In this document: in pieces, positions 24,442-32,000 of the stretch | Layout of the letters: every line of letters starts with the position of its first letter | How positions within the stretch are numbered: the first letter of the stretch is position 1 | Source: Candidatus Iainarchaeum sp. | GTDB taxonomy: Archaea > Iainarchaeota > Iainarchaeia > Iainarchaeales > JAZDEL01 | Reading direction: 5' to 3' | DNA length: 32,000 bases | Assembly (NCBI GenBank): GCA_043808785.1 | Contig: JAZDEL010000010.1 | Location: 120,001 to 152,000 of the forward strand | Notes under the pieces: model-generated | What the model was told of the DNA's origin: nothing | What the model saw: the letters and a program-made list of their open reading frames with translations, nothing else | The model's database searches: none | Translations under genes and position numbers: made by a program

Positions 24442-24501
24442 CGCTCCGCGAAAATCACGCTCCGCGAAAATCGCGCTGCACGAAATCACGCCGCACTGAA
24501 C
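24442..24501. repeat. Decaying tandem repeat of a ~16-nt unit
   Basis: CGCTCCGCGAAAATCA, CGCTCCGCGAAAATCG, CGCTGCACGAAATCA, CGCCGCACTGAAC. It sits in the 3' flank of the 419-aa gene. The first unit also forms the hairpin ATTTTCGC-TCC-GCGAAAAT. Confidence 0.6.
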
Positions 24502-24524
24502 CCGCGCCGCCCGGATGGCGCCTC

Positions 24525-25784
24525 TCACACAAGCCTCTCCGCAAGCTCGGGGTTCAGCCTTGCTGCTGCGAGCGCAAGGCGCTCCGTGCACATGGAAATG
24601 CCGCTGTTCTCCAGCGCGGTTGCTGCATCTGAAATAAGCGCCGCTGCTTCCCCCTTTCCCAGGCCGTGCGCAAGCGCTGAAAGCTCCGCCATTGTTTCAA
24701 GGATGAGTTCCCTCTTGGCTTTGCCGCCCTCCCTGCACCAGAGCGGCATCATGTCGTGGAAAAGCACGCCCTGATTTGCAAGCACTTCCTCCTTGAATGC
24801 CGAATCCTTGCTCCTTGCGATTTCCCTCAGTTTTTCGGGGTAAATCGGCGAAACAGGAGAGGCTGCGAGGATTATTTTTTTGTTCGCATCCCTTATGTAG
24901 CTCATTGCCTTCTTCACATCGCCCTTTCGCACGAGTTCCGCTGCCTTGCCGACAATTATCCCCGCCTGGCTGAAGGGCTTGAGGCGCAGGGAGTAAAGCC
25001 TTTTCTGCGCTGTCCCGAGTTCCTTTGCAATGCGCTCCCTTGCCTTTACCTCGGTGCCTGCGGAAGCGAGGGCGTTAAAGTTCGCCAGCAGCGTATCCAG
25101 CGCGCCGAATATTCTCGTGTCCCGAACAAACTTCTTGTCCACGACAAGCTTGCGCCTTCTCTCAAGGAACTTCTGCTGGTTCCCGAGTTTCCTTAGCCAG
25201 TCGCCCATGTCGTTCCTGATTGCCTCGATAACCGCCGCCACAGCGCCTGCTTTTTCCACCTTCAGCAGTTCCGATGCCTGCCCGAACCTCTCGATTGCAC
25301 GTATCTTTTTCTCCTCCCTGAGCAGCAGGGGGTTTTTTGCAAGCCTGCCTGCAATGCCCGTGAAATACTCCCTGAAAGATTCCCTCTCGCCCTCCCCGAA
25401 TTTTTGCCAGCGGTTAACAAGGTCGAAATGCACGCTTGCAAGCTGGCCCTCAATCATCTCCGCCTGGTGAATCCTTGAGCCCACGCTTTCTATCTGGTGG
25501 AAGACCTGCCTCACGCCGTCCGAGATATTGTTGGCGTGCAGGAACCGCGCCACTCTGAGCTTTCCCTCCTTTCCGCCGTAAACGGGAATTTCCATTGTGC
25601 CGTCTGTGTGGAAGCGCACCTTGAGCCCCGAAAGCGGCTTGTCCCCCGCCGCGCTGAACCGAACCTGCGCGCCGCGCGGAACCTTCCCCCCTTCGGCAAT
25701 AATTTTGTTGTAATTTTCCTGCGAAAGCACAACATTTGCGCCGGGAATTTTTTTTCCGCCAGGCCTGTACCCGCCCTTAATCAT
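24525..25784 (-). CDS. Hypothetical, largely alpha-helical protein (419 aa)
   Basis: Long ORF 14 nt downstream of the membrane protein gene on the same strand. No motif recognised. Confidence 0.65.
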   Translation of the reverse strand: MIKGGYRPGGKKIPGANVVLSQENYNKIIAEGGKVPRGAQVRFSAAGDKPLSGLKVRFHTDGTMEIPVYGGKEGKLRVARFLHANNISDGVRQVFHQIESVGSRIHQAEMIEGQLASVHFDLVNRWQKFGEGERESFREYFTGIAGRLAKNPLLLREEKKIRAIERFGQASELLKVEKAGAVAAVIEAIRNDMGDWLRKLGNQQKFLERRRKLVVDKKFVRDTRIFGALDTLLANFNALASAGTEVKARERIAKELGTAQKRLYSLRLKPFSQAGIIVGKAAELVRKGDVKKAMSYIRDANKKIILAASPVSPIYPEKLREIARSKDSAFKEEVLANQGVLFHDMMPLWCREGGKAKRELILETMAELSALAHGLGKGEAAALISDAATALENSGISMCTERLALAAARLNPELAERLV

Positions 25785-25798
25785 CAGTTTGCCTCAAA

Positions 25799-27340
25799 TT
25801 ATCTTGCACCGTTAATCTCATAAATATTAGTTTCCATCCTCCCGCAGTCGTACGCGATGCCCTGCGGCAGGGGAAAGGGGCACCGCTCCCCGTACGCGAG
25901 CGAATATATTTTGTCCAGGTAATCCGCGCCCGCGAACCGCTGCGCGCTTCCCCTCTCCACATCGTCCTTGAAGTTCGTTATTATGAACCCCGCCCTGCTT
26001 TTTTGCAGGAACCCGCGCTCCTGCGCGGGGGTTTGCGCACCCGCAAGAAAGTCAAGCGTTTCCCCGAGCACCGTTTCCTTCCTCGTGTTCTCGAAATAAA
26101 GCGAGGTAAGGAGGAGAGGGTCAAGTGAAGTGCCGAGGCGCATGTACTCCGCCATGCTCGGCTCAGCGATTATCGTGCGTTCCCCATGCCCCGCCCTTGC
26201 CTCGAGGAATTCCATTGCGTGCGCATCGACCTTGTTCACGGATGGGAACAGTATCTGGAAACTGAAGATGAAGGAGGCAAGAACCATGAACACCGCAAGG
26301 AAAAAAACAAACAGCCGCCCGTAGCGTGCGGTTCGTTCGGCGGCGGTTTTCGTGGTTGCGGTTCCCGCCCCCGCGGTTTTTGTTCCCGCGCCCCCGTTTT
26401 GCCGGGTTCCGATTCCCGCGGCTCCGATAAGCATTATCCCCCCGAGCGCGAGGAACTTCAGGTGCTCCCACCCGCGGAAAAGCGGCGTTGCGAAAAACGA
26501 GAGCAGCCCAAGCACGGAAATAACGCACCACGCGAGAAGGAAAATAAACCACTGGCTTTTTTTTGTTTTTTCGCCCTGCCTTAGCGCGAGCCATGCGAGA
26601 GGCGCGAAAAACAGCGCGCCCAATAATGCAAGCACGGGCATCACGTTCCGCAGGTTGGATGCAATGAACTGCGTGCCCGCGGCAAGGCTTTCGTTTGTGA
26701 GGAATTCCGTGCCCTTTGTGAGCAGGCTGAACCCTATCATGAGCGCGAAAGCGATTGCAAGGGTTTTCAGCACCTTTTTATTCTGCCCGTAAGCAAGCAG
26801 GAAAGGCACGGCAGTCACAACAAGGGCGAAATAGTTCCAGAGGAAGGAGGAGGCATAAAGCAGGGTTCCTGCCCTTTCCTTCCCCATGTGCATAAGCAGC
26901 AGAACAAGGGGCAGGAAAAAGAACACGGCATTCTCCGGGCTGTCGTACGCGCCCACAATCAGCGGGGTTGCAACAGCAGCAAGCAGCGCCGCAATCAGTG
27001 CATTCTTCTCCCCCGCAGCCCTGCGCACGAAAACGAAAACGGAGAGCACAACAAGAGAGGAGAGCACGGGCAGCAGGAGCATCACCACTCCTTGCACGCT
27101 TATTCCCGTAAGCAGGCTGAGTTCCGCAACAAGCACGTGGTAAAGCGGGGGGTAATTGTTCGGCCTGCTGCCGAGGCTTGCGTCTATCCTCGGCACCTGC
27201 CCCGAATCCGCGACAATGCCCGCCATGCGGATGTGAAAAGGCGCATCGTGGCTCTGCGGCATGCCGTGCAGCGCAACAGGCGCAAGCCTGAGGAGTAAGG
27301 CAAGGGCGAGGATAAGGAGCAGGTGTTTCCAGTAGCGCAT
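25799..27340 (-). CDS. Polytopic membrane protein, possibly a GT-C-fold (ArnT/PMT-like) glycosyltransferase
   Basis: More than 10 predicted hydrophobic helices, an early loop with SHDAPFHIRMAG and NYPPLYH, and a soluble C-terminal domain of about 140 aa. The start is moved to the ATG at 27338-27340 (MRYWKHLLLILALALLL), because the track N-extension overlaps tRNA-Ser. Confidence 0.7.
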   Translation of the reverse strand: MRYWKHLLLILALALLLRLAPVALHGMPQSHDAPFHIRMAGIVADSGQVPRIDASLGSRPNNYPPLYHVLVAELSLLTGISVQGVVMLLLPVLSSLVVLSVFVFVRRAAGEKNALIAALLAAVATPLIVGAYDSPENAVFFFLPLVLLLMHMGKERAGTLLYASSFLWNYFALVVTAVPFLLAYGQNKKVLKTLAIAFALMIGFSLLTKGTEFLTNESLAAGTQFIASNLRNVMPVLALLGALFFAPLAWLALRQGEKTKKSQWFIFLLAWCVISVLGLLSFFATPLFRGWEHLKFLALGGIMLIGAAGIGTRQNGGAGTKTAGAGTATTKTAAERTARYGRLFVFFLAVFMVLASFIFSFQILFPSVNKVDAHAMEFLEARAGHGERTIIAEPSMAEYMRLGTSLDPLLLTSLYFENTRKETVLGETLDFLAGAQTPAQERGFLQKSRAGFIITNFKDDVERGSAQRFAGADYLDKIYSLAYGERCPFPLPQGIAYDCGRMETNIYEINGAR

Positions 27341-27435
27341 GCAGTCAACGCCTCGGGCGGGAAGGCGGGGGAGCCATTTGCCGTGCAGGGCTCCGAACCC
27401 AGCCAGCCCTCTCCGCGCCTTCTTCCCCTTCGCAG

Positions 27436-27517
27436 CGCCGAGGGTGAGATTCGAACTCACGTGCCCAAGGGCTCCCGCTCTCGAGGCGGGTGCGTTTAAC
27501 CACTCCGCCACCTCGGC
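27436..27517 (-). tRNA. tRNA-Ser(CGA)
   Basis: The reverse complement folds as acceptor GCCGAGG/CCTCGGC, 3-bp D-stem GCG/CGC, anticodon stem CCCGC/GCGGG with loop CT-CGA-GA, long variable arm GCCC-TT-GGGC, T-arm GTGAG-TTCGAAT-CTCAC, and discriminator G. Confidence 0.9.
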
Positions 27518-27613
27518 ATTTCCCTTAACCATTATTGGATAATGCCCTATTTAAACGCTATTGCCGTGCGCAGCCTTGGGGGCGTAAAAATAAAAAGAAA
27601 AAGGGGAAGCGCC

Positions 27614-28306
27614 TTACGGCGTTTCCGCGTATACCCTGGCGTATATGGTGTATGTTGTAACCGACAGTATATACACCACCAGCCCCTGCACCAGCAGGGA
27701 CAATACCCAGCCAAGCACAGGTATGAATGCGAGTATTGCAGCGATTATGCCCGCTATGAACATGGCGGCAATCGCATATGCTATCATGACAATCACCGAG
27801 ACCCAGAATGTCCCTGTAATGACCTTCTTAAGCGCAGTGCCCAGGGCGAATGCGGACATGAAATTCCCTTTCTTTACCCAGTTCATCATGCCCATTGTCG
27901 CCAGCAGGCCGCCGATTATCCACAGGAGCATGCCCAGCAGGAAAAATGCGCCTCCCGCAACTATTGCCGTGCCTATTGCAGCGCCAAGCGACTCGGATGA
28001 GCCGCTCATCACCGCAGCAATTATGGGGCCCACAGCTGCAGCAACCCCTACAAGCACGAGCACAAGCCCCGGCAGTATGTATATCATGCCTATTATTATC
28101 GCCATTATTGTTTTCACTATTATGTTCGCAATATTGCTCTTCCATGACGGCAAGCCCGCCTTCCCGTCAATTGCCTTCTTTGCAGCCAGCAGGCCGTATC
28201 CCGAAACGAACATATTCACGAACGGAATCGCGCCTATCACCGAACCGATTGCAAGGCCCTTCATATTGCCGAATGGAAGTTTTATTGCCCCCATGTAATC
28301 GACCAT
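27614..28306 (-). CDS. DUF4013-like membrane protein
   Basis: N-terminus LAIGSVIGAIPFVNMFVSGYGLLAAKKAIDGKAGLPSW, followed by multiple TM helices. A strong Shine-Dalgarno-like AGGAGGT lies about 8 nt upstream of the ATG at 28306. Confidence 0.75.
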   Translation of the reverse strand: MVDYMGAIKLPFGNMKGLAIGSVIGAIPFVNMFVSGYGLLAAKKAIDGKAGLPSWKSNIANIIVKTIMAIIIGMIYILPGLVLVLVGVAAAVGPIIAAVMSGSSESLGAAIGTAIVAGGAFFLLGMLLWIIGGLLATMGMMNWVKKGNFMSAFALGTALKKVITGTFWVSVIVMIAYAIAAMFIAGIIAAILAFIPVLGWVLSLLVQGLVVYILSVTTYTIYARVYAETP

Positions 28307-28436
28307 TTTTCATACCTCCTTTCGTTAATGCCCAATCTTAACCTATTGGCTGCGAATATAACTGCCAGCCCCTTTATTAATTTTTTTATTGCCTTTCAAT
28401 ACACGGCAAATGCCTTAAAACGCACCATGCGATAAT

Positions 28437-28820
28437 TCAGTGCAGGGTTTCGGCAATTTCCCCCGCAATCTCCCTCGCCTTCCCCTCCTCTTTCACACCC
28501 TTCACAAGCACCTTCCCGCTCCTGAAAATTGTAACGCGCGCCCCGCGGAATTTCACTATCGCAAGATAAGGGCTTTCCGCCTCGATTTCGGCGCAGGGTT
28601 TGGCAGGTTCGCCGCCAGCCGTACCCGCGCTTTCCACGCCGCCTTTGCGCGGTTTGCCGCCCGCGGAACCCCGCGCCCCGGCATTTGCCGCGCGCAATTT
28701 TGTGCACGCCTGCACAAGGTCAAGCTCATGCCTCCCCTTCGGCACGAATTCGAACCCGCCCCTGCCCCTGCACGGCTTGCATGTGAATTCGGAGAGTTCA
28801 ACTTTTTTTGCCCGGCTCAA
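28437..28820 (-). CDS. Hypothetical small protein with TBP-repeat-like C-terminal module
   Basis: N-terminal CKPC, a Gly/Ala/basic low-complexity linker, and C-terminal YLAIVKFRGARVTIFRSGKVLVKGVKEE, which resembles the (I/L)F-x-SGK-(I/V)V-x-TG pattern of TBP-like folds. It overlaps the upstream ThiI-like gene by 23 nt. Confidence 0.5.
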   Translation of the reverse strand: MSRAKKVELSEFTCKPCRGRGGFEFVPKGRHELDLVQACTKLRAANAGARGSAGGKPRKGGVESAGTAGGEPAKPCAEIEAESPYLAIVKFRGARVTIFRSGKVLVKGVKEEGKAREIAGEIAETLH

Positions 28821-29448
28821 TCAGAACAACCCTCCTTTTTCCCGACGCCTTTTCCGCGAGTTCTTCCGCGCAGATCTTCGCCTCCTCGCGCAAAATAATC
28901 AAGTTCGTCGATTTCGTTGCGGGCTTCTCAGGCACAAGAGTGCAGCACGCAACCGGCCTTATCGACTCCTGCAAAAGCCCGAATCCGCGGGATAATTTTT
29001 CAATCTCCAATTTATCCATGCCGAGCAGCGGGCGGAGCACAGGCACCCTTACCGCAGCGGCGGAGGTTGTGAGGTTGTCGAGTGTTTGGGAGGCAACCTG
29101 CCCCAAACTCTCGCCCGTAGCAAGCGCTTCGCACTTATCCTCGCGCGCGATTTTTTCAGCTGTCCTGAGCATCATCCTCCTGCAGAGCACGCACTGGTAA
29201 TGCCTTTCCCCCTTCGAGGCGATTTCGCGCTGCACAATATTCCCGAACGGAACTATCGTCAGTTTTATTTTTTTGCCGAAACGTTTTGCAATAGCCTTGA
29301 GCAGCGCCCTTACCTTATCCTCGCTCTCCCCGCTGCCGAAAGGCGCGTTCATGAAATGCACGCATTCGAGTTCCGCCCCGCCCTGCAGCACGAGTGCCGC
29401 GGCAACAGGGCTGTCTATTCCGCCGGAGACAAGCGCAAGAACCCTCAT
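28798..29448 (-). CDS. thiI: ThiI-like PP-loop ATP pyrophosphatase (tRNA 4-thiouridine / thiamine sulfur transfer), catalytic domain only
   Basis: MRVLALVSGGIDSPVAAAL (SGGxDS PP-loop), GESLGQVASQTL, and ACCTLVPEKPATKS (ThiI-type Cys motif). There is no THUMP or rhodanese domain. Start set at the ATG at 29446-29448. Confidence 0.75.
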   Translation of the reverse strand: MRVLALVSGGIDSPVAAALVLQGGAELECVHFMNAPFGSGESEDKVRALLKAIAKRFGKKIKLTIVPFGNIVQREIASKGERHYQCVLCRRMMLRTAEKIAREDKCEALATGESLGQVASQTLDNLTTSAAAVRVPVLRPLLGMDKLEIEKLSRGFGLLQESIRPVACCTLVPEKPATKSTNLIILREEAKICAEELAEKASGKRRVVLIEPGKKS

Positions 29449-29621
29449 GCGCAACGCCCCCTGAAAACAGGCACAAGCACTTTCATACCGAAGAATCCGC
29501 CCGAAGTGATTATAACTCATTTCTTTATATTATATCAAGCGCGGCCGGATAGCCTTTCCCGCAAAGCGTGCCCGCACAGCCACATAACCTTCCCGCAGCG
29601 GCACAATTGGCGCCCGCGCCG

Positions 29622-30221
29622 TCAGATAACCTTCCCCATTGCAAGGACAATCAGGATGCCCGTGGTGTTAAGCGCGTACGCAATCACCGAAAACGCGCTT
29701 GTGGAAACCTTCCTTGCCGAGGCAAGCATCGACACCCCGACCTCATCAGGCAGCGGCGAGGCGATTATGCACCCCGCAATAATCAGCACAGTCCACTCCT
29801 TTAACTTTGGCGGCAATATTGCGTCGGTTATTGCCCCGAAATCGAGCACAACCTTTTCCTTTGAAAGCATCTCAAGTTCGTCGGCAATCGAGTGCCTGAT
29901 TATGTAGAAAATCACAAGGTCCGCGGCAAGCGCGCCCAAGCCCGCGACAAGCCCGGCAAACAGCACGTTCTGCTCCTTTGCAATAATCAGCAGCAGCGCG
30001 GTTGCTGGCGCCGCTGTGAAGCCGTAAGCATATGCCGCACCCGCTACGAAAGTTCCGGCATAGCCGAGTAACGAAAGCAATTCCCTCAGCGGCAGGGAAT
30101 CCCTCCCCAGAAAAAGCAGGTATGCCAATACGTATGTAATAACCAGCAGGCTGATTTTCGGGTATTTTATTCCCCGCGCCTCCGCGTTTTCAGCCTTTTC
30201 CGCAATTTCTTCGTCCGCCAT
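29622..30221 (-). CDS. Membrane protein, function unknown
   Basis: About 5 predicted hydrophobic helices. The ATG at 30219-30221 (MADEEIAEKAEN...) lies 26 nt from the centre of the TATA GTTATATAAAGT (30241-30252 on the minus strand). The track start is a GTG. Confidence 0.65.
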   Translation of the reverse strand: MADEEIAEKAENAEARGIKYPKISLLVITYVLAYLLFLGRDSLPLRELLSLLGYAGTFVAGAAYAYGFTAAPATALLLIIAKEQNVLFAGLVAGLGALAADLVIFYIIRHSIADELEMLSKEKVVLDFGAITDAILPPKLKEWTVLIIAGCIIASPLPDEVGVSMLASARKVSTSAFSVIAYALNTTGILIVLAMGKVI

Positions 30222-30317
30222 AAACTTTACACTGCAACGCACTTTATATAACTTGCCCCGCGCGGGCGCGTTTCATGCATGTACCAAAACCGCTAAATTA
30301 GCCGCAGTTGGTTTTCA

Positions 30318-30329
30318 TTTATATATATT
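30318..30329 (+). promoter_or_regulatory. TATA box for glmS
   Basis: TTTATATATATT lies about 38 nt upstream of the ATG. GGGAG at 30351-30355 is a possible Shine-Dalgarno. Confidence 0.45.
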
Positions 30330-30361
30330 GCGGTTGAGATTATTTTGAACGGGAGTTTCAC

Positions 30362-32000
30362 ATGTGCGGAATCATAGGCTATGCCGGCAGCGGAAATGCG
30401 GTTTCCGTTGTGCTTGACGGCCTCAAGAGGCTGGAATATAGGGGCTACGATTCATGGGGCATTGCTGCCAGGGCAGAGGGCGGCAAGGGCATTGCGGCAA
30501 AGGGAAAGCTGAGCGTGAAAAAGGATGTCGGGAAAATAAGCTCTGTGAAAGGCTTTTCTTTCTCCTCGCACATCGCAATAGGGCACACGCGCTGGGCAAC
30601 CCATGGCGCGGTTACAAAGGCGAACGCCCATCCGCACCTTTCCAGCAACAGAAAAATCGCGGTTGTGCACAACGGCATAATCGAGAATTACCTCGCGCTG
30701 AAGCGCGAACTTAAGGATGCGGGCTTCAAATTCCGCTCCCAGACGGATACCGAAGTGATACCGAACCTTATCCAGCGCTTCGTTGCTGCAGGCGCGTCTT
30801 TCCCGGAGGCGGTGCGCAAAACCGCGCAGATGCTCGAGGGGCGTTACGCATTTGCCGCACTTTACACGGATTTCGGCGGCATTGCCGCGGCAAGGGACGG
30901 CTCGCCGCTTGTTGTGGGCATAGGCGGCGGAACCGCGCCCGAGGCGGAGACGTTCATTGCATCCGACATCCCGGCATTCCTGCGGCACACAAAAAATGCC
31001 GCGTTCCTCGAAGACGGGCAGATGGTTGTTGCCGAGCGGGGAAAGGGGCCAGAATATTTCGTTATCAAAAGCGGCAAAAAAGCCGCGGTGCGCGTTTCCG
31101 AGGTTGAATGGTCCGCGGAGGACGCGGAAAAGGGCGCATATAAGCACTTCATGCTCAAGGAAATAATGGAACAGCAGGAAACCGTCCTGCGCGCGGTGAA
31201 CCAGCCGGAAGAGATGTACGCAAAGGCGTGCGCGATGATAAACGATTCCTTCGGCACCTTCCTTGTCGGCTGCGGAACCGCGGGAAGGGTTGCGCTCTGC
31301 GGCACCTATCTTTTCTCCAAAATAGCGGGCAGGCACGTGAACTTTTCAGTTGGTTCGGAATTCCCGAACTATGAGCACTTCCTCACGCCAAAAACCCTGA
31401 TGATTGCGATTTCCCAGAGCGGTGAAACCGCGGACACGCTCGAGGCGATTGAAAGGGCAAAGGCGCGCGGGGTAAAAGTGATAAGCATAGTGAATGTGCA
31501 GGGCTCCAGCATAGCGAGGAAATCCGATTTCGTAATTCCCGTGAACTGCGGGCCCGAAAAGGCAGTGGCAAGCACGAAAGCGACAACGGCACAGCTCGCA
31601 ATCCTCACGCTCCTTGCATACGGGTGCGCGGGAAAATTTGCCGAGGGCAAAAATCTGCTTGCAAAGGCACAGGCGGAAGTGAACAAAACGATTTTTTCCG
31701 AAGGGTTTGTTGCGCAGGTTAAATCCCTCGCCAAAAAAATAAAATCAAAAGGCAGCATTTACATAATCGGCCGCGGCCTCAATTACCCGATGGCGCTGGA
31801 GGCGGCGATAAAACTGCAGGAAGTGCCCTACATGCACGCGGAGGGTTTCGCTGCAGGGGAATTAAAGCACGGCCCCATAGCGCTTATAGAGAAAGGCACG
31901 CCCTGCATCGTGCTCTGCGCGAACGACGAGACAAAGAGCGACATCCTCGGCAATGCAATGGAAGTGAGAAGCCGCGGCGGGTTCATGGCGGGGGTTTCCC
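30362..32000 (+). CDS. glmS: Glutamine--fructose-6-phosphate aminotransferase (isomerising), 3' end outside the window
   Basis: Hand translation: MCGIIGYAGSGNAVSVVLDGLKRLEYRGYDSWGIA...HTRWATHG...VVHNGIIENY...TDTEV, then SIS domains (AISQSGETADTLEAIERAKARG, ASTKATTAQL, GELKHGPIALIE). It is absent from the ORF track because no stop codon is reached. Confidence 0.93.
   Translation, partial: MCGIIGYAGSGNAVSVVLDGLKRLEYRGYDSWGIAARAEGGKGIAAKGKLSVKKDVGKISSVKGFSFSSHIAIGHTRWATHGAVTKANAHPHLSSNRKIAVVHNGIIENYLALKRELKDAGFKFRSQTDTEVIPNLIQRFVAAGASFPEAVRKTAQMLEGRYAFAALYTDFGGIAAARDGSPLVVGIGGGTAPEAETFIASDIPAFLRHTKNAAFLEDGQMVVAERGKGPEYFVIKSGKKAAVRVSEVEWSAEDAEKGAYKHFMLKEIMEQQETVLRAVNQPEEMYAKACAMINDSFGTFLVGCGTAGRVALCGTYLFSKIAGRHVNFSVGSEFPNYEHFLTPKTLMIAISQSGETADTLEAIERAKARGVKVISIVNVQGSSIARKSDFVIPVNCGPEKAVASTKATTAQLAILTLLAYGCAGKFAEGKNLLAKAQAEVNKTIFSEGFVAQVKSLAKKIKSKGSIYIIGRGLNYPMALEAAIKLQEVPYMHAEGFAAGELKHGPIALIEKGTPCIVLCANDETKSDILGNAMEVRSRGGFMAGVS

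Noticed and set aside
24442-24501. Possible CRISPR array
   Set aside because: The units are only about 16 nt and directly abutting with no spacers. They decay in sequence, and no cas genes are nearby. It is a simple tandem repeat.
27341-27532. N-terminal 64-aa extension of the 577-aa track ORF
   Set aside because: The extension overlaps tRNA-Ser(CGA) at 27436-27517. The internal Met followed by a hydrophobic helix is a sensible start.
27645-28298. 217-aa plus-strand ORF
   Set aside because: It is antisense to the DUF4013-like membrane protein gene. That gene has a strong Shine-Dalgarno sequence and a coherent TM pattern.
29086-29907. 273-aa plus-strand ORF
   Set aside because: It spans the antisense of two separate minus-strand genes and their intergenic promoter, and it has no motif content.
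30452-31336. 294-aa minus-strand ORF
   Set aside because: It lies entirely antisense to glmS, whose plus-strand translation carries unmistakable GlmS motifs. glmS is missing from the track only because it has no stop codon in the window.

Overview
This window looks archaeal. It has ribosomal protein L44e, class III (prepilin-type) signal peptides, an intron-containing tRNA, a COG2403/cyclic-2,3-diphosphoglycerate-synthetase-like gene, and TATA boxes about 26-30 nt upstream of many start codons (mostly leaderless genes). GC is moderately high by eye. The lineage is probably uncultivated, and I cannot place it further from sequence alone. Housekeeping content: K+-independent-type H+-pyrophosphatase, an SMC-headed coiled-coil ATPase, L44e, a NYN/LabA nuclease, a PP-loop-only ThiI, glmS (runs off the 3' end), tRNA-Gly(CCC) with a ~95-nt intron, and tRNA-Ser(CGA). 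Four things stand out. (1) A translationally coupled three-gene surface module is present twice in direct orientation, about 11.4 kb apart, at 3900-8335 and 15268-20057. It encodes a pilin-like protein with a class III signal peptide, a ~1000-1130 aa secreted multidomain protein with a C25-like (clan CD) His/Cys peptidase core, and a C-terminally anchored Ig-like protein. (2) An AT-richer ~2.9 kb islet is inserted at the 3' end of tRNA-Gly. It is bounded by a direct repeat of the tRNA 3' end and carries a Panacea-like/PIN-like gene pair plus two orphan genes. (3) The SMC-like protein has SMC-type heads but a Rad50-style CPVC hook at mid-coil instead of a hinge. (4) A family of GC-palindrome plus T-run hairpin elements and several other intergenic repeat arrays. 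All functional calls come from motif recognition by eye; no database search was run.
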